NCBI GenBank assembly: GCA_027923505.1
Contig: BROI01000014.1
Location: forward strand, 682,001-746,000
From: Mayamaea pseudoterrestris
Lineage: Eukaryota
Reading direction: 5' to 3'
DNA: 64,000 nucleotides
Positions 12,632 to 22,332 of the stretch are shown piece after piece. The stretch's first letter is position 1, and each line of letters begins with the position of its first letter. A program made the translations under genes and the position numbers. The notes beneath the pieces were generated by a model. The model had not been told where the DNA came from. It saw only the letters and a program-made list of their open reading frames with translations, and did not search any database.

Positions 12632-13471
12632 CTACCGTCTACTGCCGTCGCGTCGTTCAAGTGTGTCGGTCAACTTCAGTTGTGTCTCATCGGCAGGTTC
12701 CGAAAAAACATCAATTGCAGATATATAGTCCGCTCTTTCTTTGGTCGAATATGATCCAATGTTCAGTAGTTGCGCCAGTGGCGACTCGGCGAAATACGTG
12801 TCTACTACCCAGCAGATCGTTGCAAGCGGCAAAATGTCGGTGAACGGCAGAATCTCTTCCGCAAACTCCAACCCAAACAGTATATTGCTGCTATAGAGTG
12901 ATCGAAGAAGCAGTCCAGCGATTGGCGCCCACAGAACATCTGTAGCCTCGCCAAGTATCGGAATCAAAGCTGACGACGACCCGATCGAGTCAATGACAAT
13001 GCAAATTACAAGCTTGCCAAAGTCAGGTTGGATGATTCGATCTGTGACCAAATCAGGCATTTTCCGAAAAGTTTTCTCCCGCTTAAAGACCTTGTCCGAT
13101 ATGAAAGACCCAATGTTACCAATTTGTCGAGCCGCCAAAGTCGCTATGATTCCAAACACAATCGTTGCCACCACTTGCCCGACGACCAAGGAGACGAGCT
13201 TTGTCAACAAGCTGCTCCAAAAAACATTCGATACGACAACTGTATCCACAAGCTGAGATCCATCAAAATATTCAATCCCCGTCGTTAAGGAAGTCCAATC
13301 ATCAACCAAGGAAAGCGTCGTCCGACGAGGTGGAGATGATGTCACAACTTGCAATGTCTGCCTTTGTCGCATCAAGTGACAGTCATGTTTTGGGACGATG
13401 AAACAATTGCCAATGCTCGTGGTAAAAATCAATGATACTGCTGCTCGTATTAGATCTGTCGTTCTCTTCAT
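12632..13471 (-). CDS. Hypothetical membrane protein, probably plastid-targeted
   Basis: 279-aa ORF; signal peptide ending GNC-F followed by S/T/R-rich transit-like region; hydrophobic C-terminal half with EEILPFTDILPLATICW. Confidence 0.7.
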   Translation of the reverse strand: MKRTTDLIRAAVSLIFTTSIGNCFIVPKHDCHLMRQRQTLQVVTSSPPRRTTLSLVDDWTSLTTGIEYFDGSQLVDTVVVSNVFWSSLLTKLVSLVVGQVVATIVFGIIATLAARQIGNIGSFISDKVFKREKTFRKMPDLVTDRIIQPDFGKLVICIVIDSIGSSSALIPILGEATDVLWAPIAGLLLRSLYSSNILFGLEFAEEILPFTDILPLATICWVVDTYFAESPLAQLLNIGSYSTKERADYISAIDVFSEPADETQLKLTDTLERRDGSRR

Positions 13472-13720
13472 GATATAGTTTGCCTATAGCTGGGTGTCAA
13501 TAGGATGTTGTGATGGCAACATATACAATGCCCTAACAGTAAGTCATCGCGCAGCTTGGGTCGTTCGTTTTGTTCCGCAGCGGAGTGCCGGAGAGACTTT
13601 GAAAGCTGAGGTGCAGATGAGTACCGTATCCACAACCCTAATCATTTCCTTCATGCCTCGCAAGCCAACCATTTTTCACTCACAAAAATCCAAATCGTTC
13701 TGTCAAAATTGCAAGCCATC

Positions 13721-14879
13721 ATGACCACTAAGAAGCGAGGAAAGCCCGATCAGCCTACGTCAAACCAAGCACCAGTCGCCAAAGAAGATGAGGTGGAGGT
13801 GAAGACCAAGGAAGAGGTAATTGCAGCTGCGCCAGCAACGTCCTTTTCAAGCGATGGCCGCTACCGAAACAAGCAGCGTTGCCTCGTCCTTTGCACGCGC
13901 GGCGTGACGGCTCGGTATCGGCATTTGCTCGAAGACTTGCGAACGCTCATTCCCCATCACAAGAAGGAATCCAAGCTTGATCCTGGTGATGCCGGAATCG
14001 GTCGCGCCGTTGCTGACGTTGCCGAAATGCGAAGCTGCAACACTGTGTTGCTGCTGGAATGTCGCAAGCGGCAGGATGCCTACATGTGGATTGGGCGCGT
14101 CGGAGGACAATCCCCGGGGCCTTCCATCAAGTTTCACGTTTCAAACATTCATACCATGGATGAGCTTCGACTTTCTGGTAACTGCATGCGCAACAGTCGT
14201 CCAGTTCTTTCCTTTGACGAGTCATTCAATCGACTGGGGCACCTCAAGCTCATGAAGGAACTGTTCGTCGACGTGTTTGGGACGCCTCGCGGTCATCCAA
14301 ACAGCAAACCATTCGTTGATCGCGTCATGGCCTTTTACTATGCTGACAAGAGGGTAAGTTTGCAAATTAGTGTTGCACTTTTGCTGTAAATGTCTATGAT
14401 TACGACAATGATGAGCGTATGTCAGACCGAAAGGAGTGAGAAAACAACATCATTTAAGACTACGATGGAATGAGACAAGCTTTTGATGAAATACTGTATT
14501 GACATTACATGCATGTGCTCATACATGTCGTTCTCTTTACCAGATCTGGGTCCGCAACTATCAAATCATCGAGCAAACGCCAACCACTGCCTTGGAAGCG
14601 AGTCAAGCCAAGAAAGAATCCGGTCTGGCTCAAGCAACGTCACTCGTTGAGATTGGCCCTCGCTTTGTCTTAAATCCTATTCGCATCTTTCGAGGCTCTT
14701 TCGGAGGCCAGACTCTCTTTCAGAACCCAGATTTTGTATCTCCAAACACGATTCGTGCCATGGAGAAACGAAACAAGGGCATGAGCTACGAGGAACGAAA
14801 AATGGCGGAGCAGAACCGCAAGGAGCGCAAGTCACAAATAGTTGTGCCTGAAGATCCACTCGGAGATGTCTTCCGTTAA
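13721..14879 (+). CDS. BRX1: Ribosome biogenesis protein BRX1 (Brix domain); exons 13721-14353, 14544-14879
   Basis: NKQRCLVLCTRGVTARYRHL, GPSIKFHVSNIHTMDEL, KSKPF-like NSKPFVDRV, IWVRNYQI, LVEIGPRFVLNPIRIF. Confidence 0.93.
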
Positions 14880-15420
14880 TATAGGCATTAAGAACGTTGT
14901 TTTCTAATAGCTTTATCTTTAGCTGTCGTTCATGCTCGTGAAATCTTTGTAGAACAATGCTTGCTGCCACATTGACATTCAGCGATGCAGTACCTTGCCC
15001 ATACTGAGGTATTCTGATAAAGCCATCGCATGACTGCATTTGCTTTTCGTTCAATCCATGCCCTTCGTTCCCCATCACGAGCGCAGTCGCTGTCGGATGA
15101 TCCGTCAAAAACGCATCAATCGGCTTGGCATCCTTGTGGATTTCGACGCCAAGCAGTCGAACGCTACGTGTCCGAAGGTACTCCACGCAATCCGACCATT
15201 TGTGTAATCGTGTTATCACAAATGTACCTTCTTTTATACAAGGCTTTAGTTGTTGTGGAACATCTGAACCATCAGGATCGCTGTCGAACTTGGGTTGGCC
15301 AACCATCAAGCACTGGGTGACGCCAAATGCCGCGGCCGTCATGAGCAGTGAGCGTACATTGTTTCGCTTTTGAATGTTGTATATCACTAGGTAGAGCGGG
15401 GCAGAGTAATCTTGTTCCAT
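14677..15420 (-). CDS. SpoU/TrmH-family RNA 2'-O-methyltransferase (C-terminal extent uncertain)
   Basis: NIQKRNNVRSLLMTAAAFG, LVMGNEGHGL, IPQYGQGTASLNVNVAASI SPOUT motifs. Confidence 0.85.
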   Translation of the reverse strand: MEQDYSAPLYLVIYNIQKRNNVRSLLMTAAAFGVTQCLMVGQPKFDSDPDGSDVPQQLKPCIKEGTFVITRLHKWSDCVEYLRTRSVRLLGVEIHKDAKPIDAFLTDHPTATALVMGNEGHGLNEKQMQSCDGFIRIPQYGQGTASLNVNVAASIVLQRFHEHERQLKIKLLENNVLNAYINGRHLRVDLQAQLFVTCAPCGSAPPFFVPRSSCPCFVSPWHESCLEIQNLGSERESGLRKSLERCE

Positions 15421-15870
15421 GTCTCTGAATATGGTCTGGAATGTGACTTGTGAGGTTGTGAGCGACCAAGTTTCGAATCAAAAATTGAAGTTAACCCGCG
15501 CCTTAATGTTTTGCAGTAATTGGATAGCTACATTTGCCAAGAAGCTCCGGTACGAGTAACTCCTATAACAGTCAGCAAAGATCAAGCTTCTCACGAAGTA
15601 TCTCTTCAATTCAAGCTGGAACCGGCGTCGACAGTTTGAATTTGATCACGGTTTCGCACCCCCTTGGAGGTAAGCAAGCAGGATGATGCGAGGCTCAGTG
15701 AAAATCCAAGACGCTGCAAATTTACTGACAAGAATTTGAAGCTCTTCACCGGTGGAGGAATTCGTTGTTCTTGGTTCACTGTCGATATCCGTGAGATGCC
15801 GGCAGCCAATGCCACGGCACTAGGCCAGTGCTGTTCACGTGAGTTGCCGGCACGACAACAACAAAAGCTC

Positions 15871-17490
15871 TCAGGCCAAGAATTTCCAGTCGAGTAGGTC
15901 AATTGGACCATTTTTATCAATCAGCTTCCAAAACGAGGTGAGACCTCGCATGGCTTGGAGTGCAATGAGTGCCAGCCAAACGTGCGTCAGTCGGTCCGCG
16001 TCGTTAGGCAAGAACTCCAATCCGTAAAAGGTCAAGGCAGCTGTCACACCCGACACAAACATGGCTCTGGCCTGATAGGGAAACTCGGATGCGCCTTGCA
16101 AAACTCCATCCGCCGAAAACACCAAAGCATTTAATGGTTGGGCAAGTATAATTAGAGGGAGAATTTCACTGAGCGAGGTACGGACGTCCACATCCCCAGT
16201 GAAGACCGAGTAGAGCAGCCCCGTCTCTTTTCCGCCCAAAAGAACCCCTGCTAGACACAAGCCAAGAATCAAGCTGTAGCAAAAGACAGTTTTGGTAACG
16301 TCTACAACCGCGCGTCTGTCCTTGCGACCGAGCGCGTCCGCCACAAGGCCTTGTGATGCAGCGGCCAAAGAGTCACAGAAAAAGCTACACAGCAGCCAAA
16401 GCTGTATTCCAATCTGATGTGCCGCTATGGAGGCAGCTCCAGCCGTTTCATCTCTGGCGGCCAGAGCGGCAGCGGCCGATAATGACAGCTGGAGCACAAG
16501 CGTTCTCAGTAGCACGGATCCTGATGCCACAAGCAGTGGTTTCACATCCTCCCATGCCGGCACCGACAATAAGGGCACAATGTCAAGCTTCTTTTTCGGT
16601 CCCTGAGATGGCAGTTTGCCGGACAAGACGGCAAGAAATATGCCGGCAGATAACCATTCGGCGCTTGTCGTGGCAATGGCCGCTCCCATTGGCCCAAATC
16701 CGAGAAATACAATCATAAGCAAATCCAGTAATAGGTTTAGTAGATTGGCTGCAATCAAGATAGCTATAGGAGTCTTGGTGTCAAGGTAGCCCCGCAGGAC
16801 GCCGGTCGATGCTTCCATGCTTAGAACGGCTGGTGCTGCCAGCGCTCGCACCGCCAGAAACTGTAGGGCGTACGAGTTTGCAACTTCTCCAGTGGCACCA
16901 GTGCCCATGATTCGAAGTAGAGGTTGCTGAAACAAGAGCAAGATTGTCGTCACGAGGAACCCCAGCAATATTGCGAGCGACAGCGCCTGTCCTCCGACGG
17001 CTCGCGCTTGCTCTGATTGATTTGCCGCTCGCGCTCTGGCAACGAGCGGAGTCGTGGCCGTGCACAAAAAGTTTCCCAAATAGAAGGAAAATGTCAGCAA
17101 AGCCGCCGCCGAGCCCATGCCGGCTAATGCGTCGGCACCCTGCGAGTAGCGACCAACCAGTGCAGTGTCAACTAGCGTCATGAATGGATCAATGAGCAAA
17201 GCCCCAGCGGCTGGAATGGCAAGCTGAATAATTTCTTGTCCGACGGTAAGCTTGTTTTGTTGATTCTGATCTAGGTTCTCCGTTTCTGGAGCAATGAGCT
17301 GGTCGAACTCGTCGGCCTCTCGCGTCATTTTTCTGGTTGTTTTGTTGCTAGAAGTGTGGGTTGACAATGGATAAATTTGGCGTGCAGCTCTCGGGACTAC
17401 AGCTAATTGCTGTCGAAAGCTCTGACCTTCTGTTAAACTTGACAATGCTGTAATGAGGAATAAATTTGTTATTCTCTTGCTCACTTTCAT
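15871..17490 (-). CDS. MATE (DinF/DTX-like) efflux transporter with N-terminal targeting sequence
   Basis: LAIPAAGALLIDPFMTLVDTALVG, GVLRGYLDTKTP, GAAIAT, AAHQI, QPLNALVFSADGVLQG; many TM helices. Confidence 0.9.
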   Translation of the reverse strand: MKVSKRITNLFLITALSSLTEGQSFRQQLAVVPRAARQIYPLSTHTSSNKTTRKMTREADEFDQLIAPETENLDQNQQNKLTVGQEIIQLAIPAAGALLIDPFMTLVDTALVGRYSQGADALAGMGSAAALLTFSFYLGNFLCTATTPLVARARAANQSEQARAVGGQALSLAILLGFLVTTILLLFQQPLLRIMGTGATGEVANSYALQFLAVRALAAPAVLSMEASTGVLRGYLDTKTPIAILIAANLLNLLLDLLMIVFLGFGPMGAAIATTSAEWLSAGIFLAVLSGKLPSQGPKKKLDIVPLLSVPAWEDVKPLLVASGSVLLRTLVLQLSLSAAAALAARDETAGAASIAAHQIGIQLWLLCSFFCDSLAAASQGLVADALGRKDRRAVVDVTKTVFCYSLILGLCLAGVLLGGKETGLLYSVFTGDVDVRTSLSEILPLIILAQPLNALVFSADGVLQGASEFPYQARAMFVSGVTAALTFYGLEFLPNDADRLTHVWLALIALQAMRGLTSFWKLIDKNGPIDLLDWKFLA

Positions 17491-17689
17491 GGCTCGACAG
17501 CGGACGAGAGAAGCGTGCCACCTATCCTGCCGTGATTTCCCAATTCAATGTCTTTATATAAAGAGACGAAGCGTAAGTGCATCTCTGTCAAGCTACAGCG
17601 ACTTTAGTTGCACTTTTATCAAGAGCCATGTGGTATGATAACGATGGCGATGGAGAGGTTTACGCTTGACTTTGAGCCATCGAAAGGCC

Positions 17690-17899
17690 GAAACAAAAGC
17701 CAATGAAAAGTACGTCCCAAGGCAATACTGTGAAACGAGTGCCAGTGAAAACTGCGTCATCAGGCAATACTGTGAAACGAGTGCCAGTGAAAACTGCATA
17801 AAAAGGCTATAGTATGAAACGAGTGCCAGTGAAAACTGCGTCATAAGGCATAAGTATGAAACGAGTGCTAGTGAAAACTACGTCATCAGGCTATAGAAT
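17690..17899. repeat. Minisatellite, 5 x 42 bp (consensus gaaacgagtgccagtgaaaactgcgtcatcaggcaatactgt)
   Basis: Units start at 17690, 17732, 17774, 17816, 17858. Confidence 0.95.
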
Positions 17900-18198
17900 G
17901 AACCGAAACGGACGATTACGCCGCGCGCTCTTTGCTTGCCTTGACGCTCCATCGTCAACTTCACACAACAAATCACTGCTGTCAAACCTGTCGAAATACA
18001 CGACTTTTCAGGCTGAATCGAAGCAAGACAAACTTAAGAATCATTTTTGCTTGCTTACGGTGGAATAGACACGCTTGTTGTTGGTGAAGAGAAGAACCTG
18101 ATTTCTGCTGGCTTGGCCACATTCGATCGCGCTCAGCTTAGAGAGTGAAGTCAAGCAACTGTAAAAGGAAAGAACTCTTCGTCACTTCATCTACAAGA

Positions 18199-19467
18199 AT
18201 GGACGTTTCTGAAGTTGTCGTTGATCATTCCATCGTTCAGCAGCAGCGGTACGCAATGGCGGCGACGCATCCCAATCACCACAACATGATGATGCTTGAC
18301 AGTCGGAATCACGCACCCGATGCCACTCCAACCATTCCAAACCCTGTTCTTGAGCCAGTCCATAACGTTTGTCAACGATTGCTTGGACTACGAGGGAGTC
18401 CACCTGGAACGCTAGCAAGCTTGGCGGAGCATGAAATCAAAATGCTTTGCCTGCGCGCGAGACCAATATTGCTTGAGCAAAGCATGCTGCTCGAACTAGA
18501 AGCTCCTATCAAGATTTGCGGAGATATTCATGGGCAGTATACCGATCTGTTGCGACTCTTGGAGTATGGTGGTTTTCCGCCAGAGGTGCGTTGCTGAATG
18601 TGAACGGCATCATGGCAGCTGGAGCCTTACACGAATATACATCATGTTACTTACCCTTTCCTAAATCCAATGTCACTTCTTCTACTACTGCAGTCCAACT
18701 ATGTCTTCCTTGGTGACTACGTTGACAGAGGCAAACAGTCAATCGAAACGATCTGCTTGCTACTTTGCTACAAGATTTTGTACCCAGAAAACTTTTTTAT
18801 ACTACGTGGCAATCATGAAAGTGCAGGGATCAACCGCATTTATGGGTTCTATGACGAATGCAAGCGAAGGTACTCTATCAAGCTATGGAAGGTGTTTTCG
18901 GACGTTTTCAATTGCTTGCCGGCGGCGGCGCTTATTGACGAAAAGATTCTTTGCATGCATGGTGGCCTGTCGCCAGATCTACATACCCTGCAAGCGATTG
19001 CTGAACTTGAGCGGCCGTGCGACGTACCAGATTCGGGCTTGCTGTGCGATTTGTTGTGGTCAGATCCATCAGCAGCAATTTCGGGATGGGGCGACAATGA
19101 TCGAGGCGTATCCTACGTGTTTGGGGCCGACGTTGTAGCGTTGTTTCTTGAGCATCATGATCTTGATCTCCTGGTACGAGCCCACCAAGTCGTTGAGGAC
19201 GGGTATGAGTTCTTTGCAGGTCGCAGGCTGGTGACACTTTTTAGTGCGCCAAACTATTGTGGGGAGTTTGACAATGCGGGAGCGATGATTTCGGTCGATG
19301 AAGACTTGATGTGTTCCTTCCAGATTTTGAAACCTGCTTCACGTTCCACTCGGCTAGCGAAGAATTTACCGGTGTCATTCCCTCATCAACAAGGAGCTGA
19401 TCAGGTTCGTAGCGCTTCCATGGACACAACTCCCCGACCACCGACGCAACGCATGGAGACTCCGTGA
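18199..19467 (+). CDS. PP1: Ser/Thr protein phosphatase type 1 catalytic subunit; intron 18586-18693
   Basis: [53 protein letters not shown]. Confidence 0.95.
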
Positions 19468-19569
19468 GATACAAGTACTAACACATAGCCATTATGTGCA
19501 CAAAATGACCATTATCATGCGTCATATGCGTAAAAGAACCGTATCGTTGTGACATTGTAACGCTGACAA

Positions 19570-21027
19570 TCAAGCAATCGTCTCGTGACGGTTGGAAAGC
19601 TCCTGCTCGCCGCCTTGACTGACAACCTCCTCTGGATCATGTCGTTCAACTTGAGAGGAGCCGTGCAACACTTCGTACGTCGCCGATGACTGTTCCTCGT
19701 CGTTATTGCCAACGTTCACCAGAACAAAGCCTGATAGCACGCAAAGTGCTCCCATAATAGATGACCCCGACATGACGCTGCTTGACTGGTCCGTCACAAA
19801 AATATCTGAGAGAAACGCCAACGGAATCGTCAAGCCCAAACCAACTGTGGCGACAGTCGCGTTCGTGAGGATTACGGAGCGTAGCCACAGGTAGTCCGAA
19901 ATGACATTGTCAAACAGGCCTTTGACACACAGGAACCCAAGGACGACAAGCGTCAGTTGACTTGACGTTGATGTCGCTTGGTACAAGGCAATGGGGCTCA
20001 GACCAATCATGCAAATGAGGCCAATGTAGCCAAGCAAGATTTGCATGCTGTACAATCGTTCATCGTGCGGGCAAAGTATTCGGGTTTGCACAGCATATGC
20101 CCCATAGCCAATGGCCGAAATCAAACCTAAAGCATCTCCCCATAGTGATGATTGGTTCCAATTTAGTGACTGCGTATCGTCGTCGAGTGAGCCTAGAAGG
20201 CGCGCCAAGCAGTAGCGAGTCATGGCATGATGCTGCGGTGTAGGCTGGAATCCAGTCACGTTTGTAACAGCATTTATATCTTCAGAGTAGCCGACGCTGT
20301 TGCTGGCGACATGAGAAGAATCGCCAAACGTCGTCAAGACACTCCCAGTGACACCGAGCAAAACACCTGACAGTTTCATGTAATTAAAGTTTTCGTCTCG
20401 CACGAGAACGGCAAAGCCAAACGTAAAGAGTGATCCAGTCGACGCTAGCACTGTACTGCTGGTAATGGTTGTGTACGCCAGACTTGTATTGTATGTCCAA
20501 TTTGCCAAGAACCATATGGGTGCAATCTTGGCAGCGGCGTTGAAATGATCTTGATGTGTCCAGTGATGTTGATTGTGCGAGTCTTGCTCTTGCAAGGACA
20601 ACGACTGAGGATCTGCTTGATACAGATCGTGCTCGAGGATGATAGCAGTATCTGCTGTATGTATTGACTGCGGCTTCATTTGCTGCGAGAGCGAATTGTT
20701 TGCAGTAGCAGCATGATCCCATTCATCTGATGATCCGCCACCATTAAGAATGGACGAATCATATGCATTCTCCGACGAAGGTTCTGGCACTGACTCTGGT
20801 ATTCTTATTGCTGTGTCTTGTTTATTGGAAATCCATTCTATGAATTGGTGCGTCGGCAGCCAAAGTGAAAAGAGCGAAACGCCAATATAGGTGAGTAGAA
20901 ATGGACTGTCGAACTGATATCGATCACTGTAGAGATACTGCGTCAAAATGGAGGATGCCGACCACAGAATCGCCACAAGGACAATGAAGGTTAATCCAAG
21001 AACGTAGGAGGGCGAGAGTGGATGCAT
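19570..21027 (-). CDS. DMT/EamA transporter, SLC35F5-like
   Basis: LWSASS, FDSPFLLTY, WFLANWTYNTSLAYTT, GDALGLISAIGYGAY, NVISDYLW, TVGLGLTIPLA. Confidence 0.85.
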   Translation of the reverse strand: MHPLSPSYVLGLTFIVLVAILWSASSILTQYLYSDRYQFDSPFLLTYIGVSLFSLWLPTHQFIEWISNKQDTAIRIPESVPEPSSENAYDSSILNGGGSSDEWDHAATANNSLSQQMKPQSIHTADTAIILEHDLYQADPQSLSLQEQDSHNQHHWTHQDHFNAAAKIAPIWFLANWTYNTSLAYTTITSSTVLASTGSLFTFGFAVLVRDENFNYMKLSGVLLGVTGSVLTTFGDSSHVASNSVGYSEDINAVTNVTGFQPTPQHHAMTRYCLARLLGSLDDDTQSLNWNQSSLWGDALGLISAIGYGAYAVQTRILCPHDERLYSMQILLGYIGLICMIGLSPIALYQATSTSSQLTLVVLGFLCVKGLFDNVISDYLWLRSVILTNATVATVGLGLTIPLAFLSDIFVTDQSSSVMSGSSIMGALCVLSGFVLVNVGNNDEEQSSATYEVLHGSSQVERHDPEEVVSQGGEQELSNRHETIA

Positions 21028-21229
21028 AATAGCTAATGCAGCAAAAGGGAGACAGGAATTGCATCAGTTAGATGGTCATGCTCATGAATGAACAAAGCCA
21101 TGTTCGCGGCGACCGCGCCGAGCAACTGTCGGACCGGTTCTGAAACGTTCGTCATCGTCGCCATGACGAATCTGAGACGACATAATTCGAAAGCTTGCCT
21201 GCCTTACTCTTCAACCTACAACCGCCAAT

Positions 21230-22279
21230 ATGAAAGTCTCCGAGACATTGATAGATTTGTCCAAACTATGCAAGTCTAAAACTCAAAAAAGCGATTCTTC
21301 CACAACAACAACGACGACTACGGCGCTTCGAATTCTCGACACGCGCTGCTTATGCGGAGAAGGTATTCTTTACGATGATCAAACCAACACGATCATGTTT
21401 GTCGACATTGAGGGAAAATGCTTTCATATTCTAGCGTTATCCAGTGACAAGGAGAAGAGTGAGGCCCTTCATACAGTCTACGCTTTGCCGAAAATGATGG
21501 GCAGTTATGCCATGCTAGCGAAACGTAACGACGAAACATCGCTTCCGCTACTTTGTGCATGGGAGGATGGCTTTCAAATTTACGACGTTGCCACCGATAC
21601 GGAACTATCGCCCATGAGTATGGGACCTGACGTTAATCCAGCCAAGAATGGAAGTCGACTCAACGATGGTCGGGTCGATCCGACTGGCAAACGTTTCATT
21701 TGCGGAGGCTACTACGGCGAAATGGATCACGTTAGAATGCAAGTCTTTAAGTTGGAGCAGCGCGAGTCGGATGGTAGAATGACTCATGTACCAATCATTG
21801 ACGACATTCGAGTCGCAAACGCTTTGTGTTGGTCCCTTGATGGAAATCGCATGTACTTTACCGACTCGCCAACCAAGGCCATTGTGTCGTATGCCTACGA
21901 CAAGGATGCAGGCACCATCTCGGATAGACAACTTTTGAGAAACCATGAGCCTTCCGTCAGCCACAGCGTACCGGATGGTGCCTGCGTCGACTCGGAAGGC
22001 TACATTTGGAATGCCATTTACAACTGGGGCGAAGTCAATGCAACTGGTGTCGTACATCGCATCCATCCGGACAGCGGCGAGGTCGTGTACACTGTCGAGC
22101 TGCCGGACGGCTCATCACAGGTAACATGCTGCTGTTTTGGAGGCGAGCAGCTCGATATCTTGTTCATCACGACGGCTGCCAAGACGAAGCAAGATCTGCA
22201 GCCTCATGCCGGCGGAATTTATGCCGTCAGATTGCCGTTTACCGGGCGCAAAGAAAACAGACTAGACTTTTCTTACTAA
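21230..22279 (+). CDS. SMP-30/gluconolactonase/regucalcin family protein
   Basis: CGEG, RLNDGRVDPTG, ANALCWSLDG..YFTDS, PDGACVDSEGYIWNA, VTCCCFGG..LDILFITTA. Confidence 0.92.
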   Translation: MKVSETLIDLSKLCKSKTQKSDSSTTTTTTTALRILDTRCLCGEGILYDDQTNTIMFVDIEGKCFHILALSSDKEKSEALHTVYALPKMMGSYAMLAKRNDETSLPLLCAWEDGFQIYDVATDTELSPMSMGPDVNPAKNGSRLNDGRVDPTGKRFICGGYYGEMDHVRMQVFKLEQRESDGRMTHVPIIDDIRVANALCWSLDGNRMYFTDSPTKAIVSYAYDKDAGTISDRQLLRNHEPSVSHSVPDGACVDSEGYIWNAIYNWGEVNATGVVHRIHPDSGEVVYTVELPDGSSQVTCCCFGGEQLDILFITTAAKTKQDLQPHAGGIYAVRLPFTGRKENRLDFSY

Positions 22280-22332
22280 TGGAAACTAGGAAACGTTAGT
22301 ACATAAATCTCAAGTTGATATTAGCAACGATC

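Noticed and set aside
17690..17899. Mini-CRISPR (conserved core plus variable part)
   Set aside because: The variable parts are clearly homologous to each other and only ~18 nt, so this is a minisatellite
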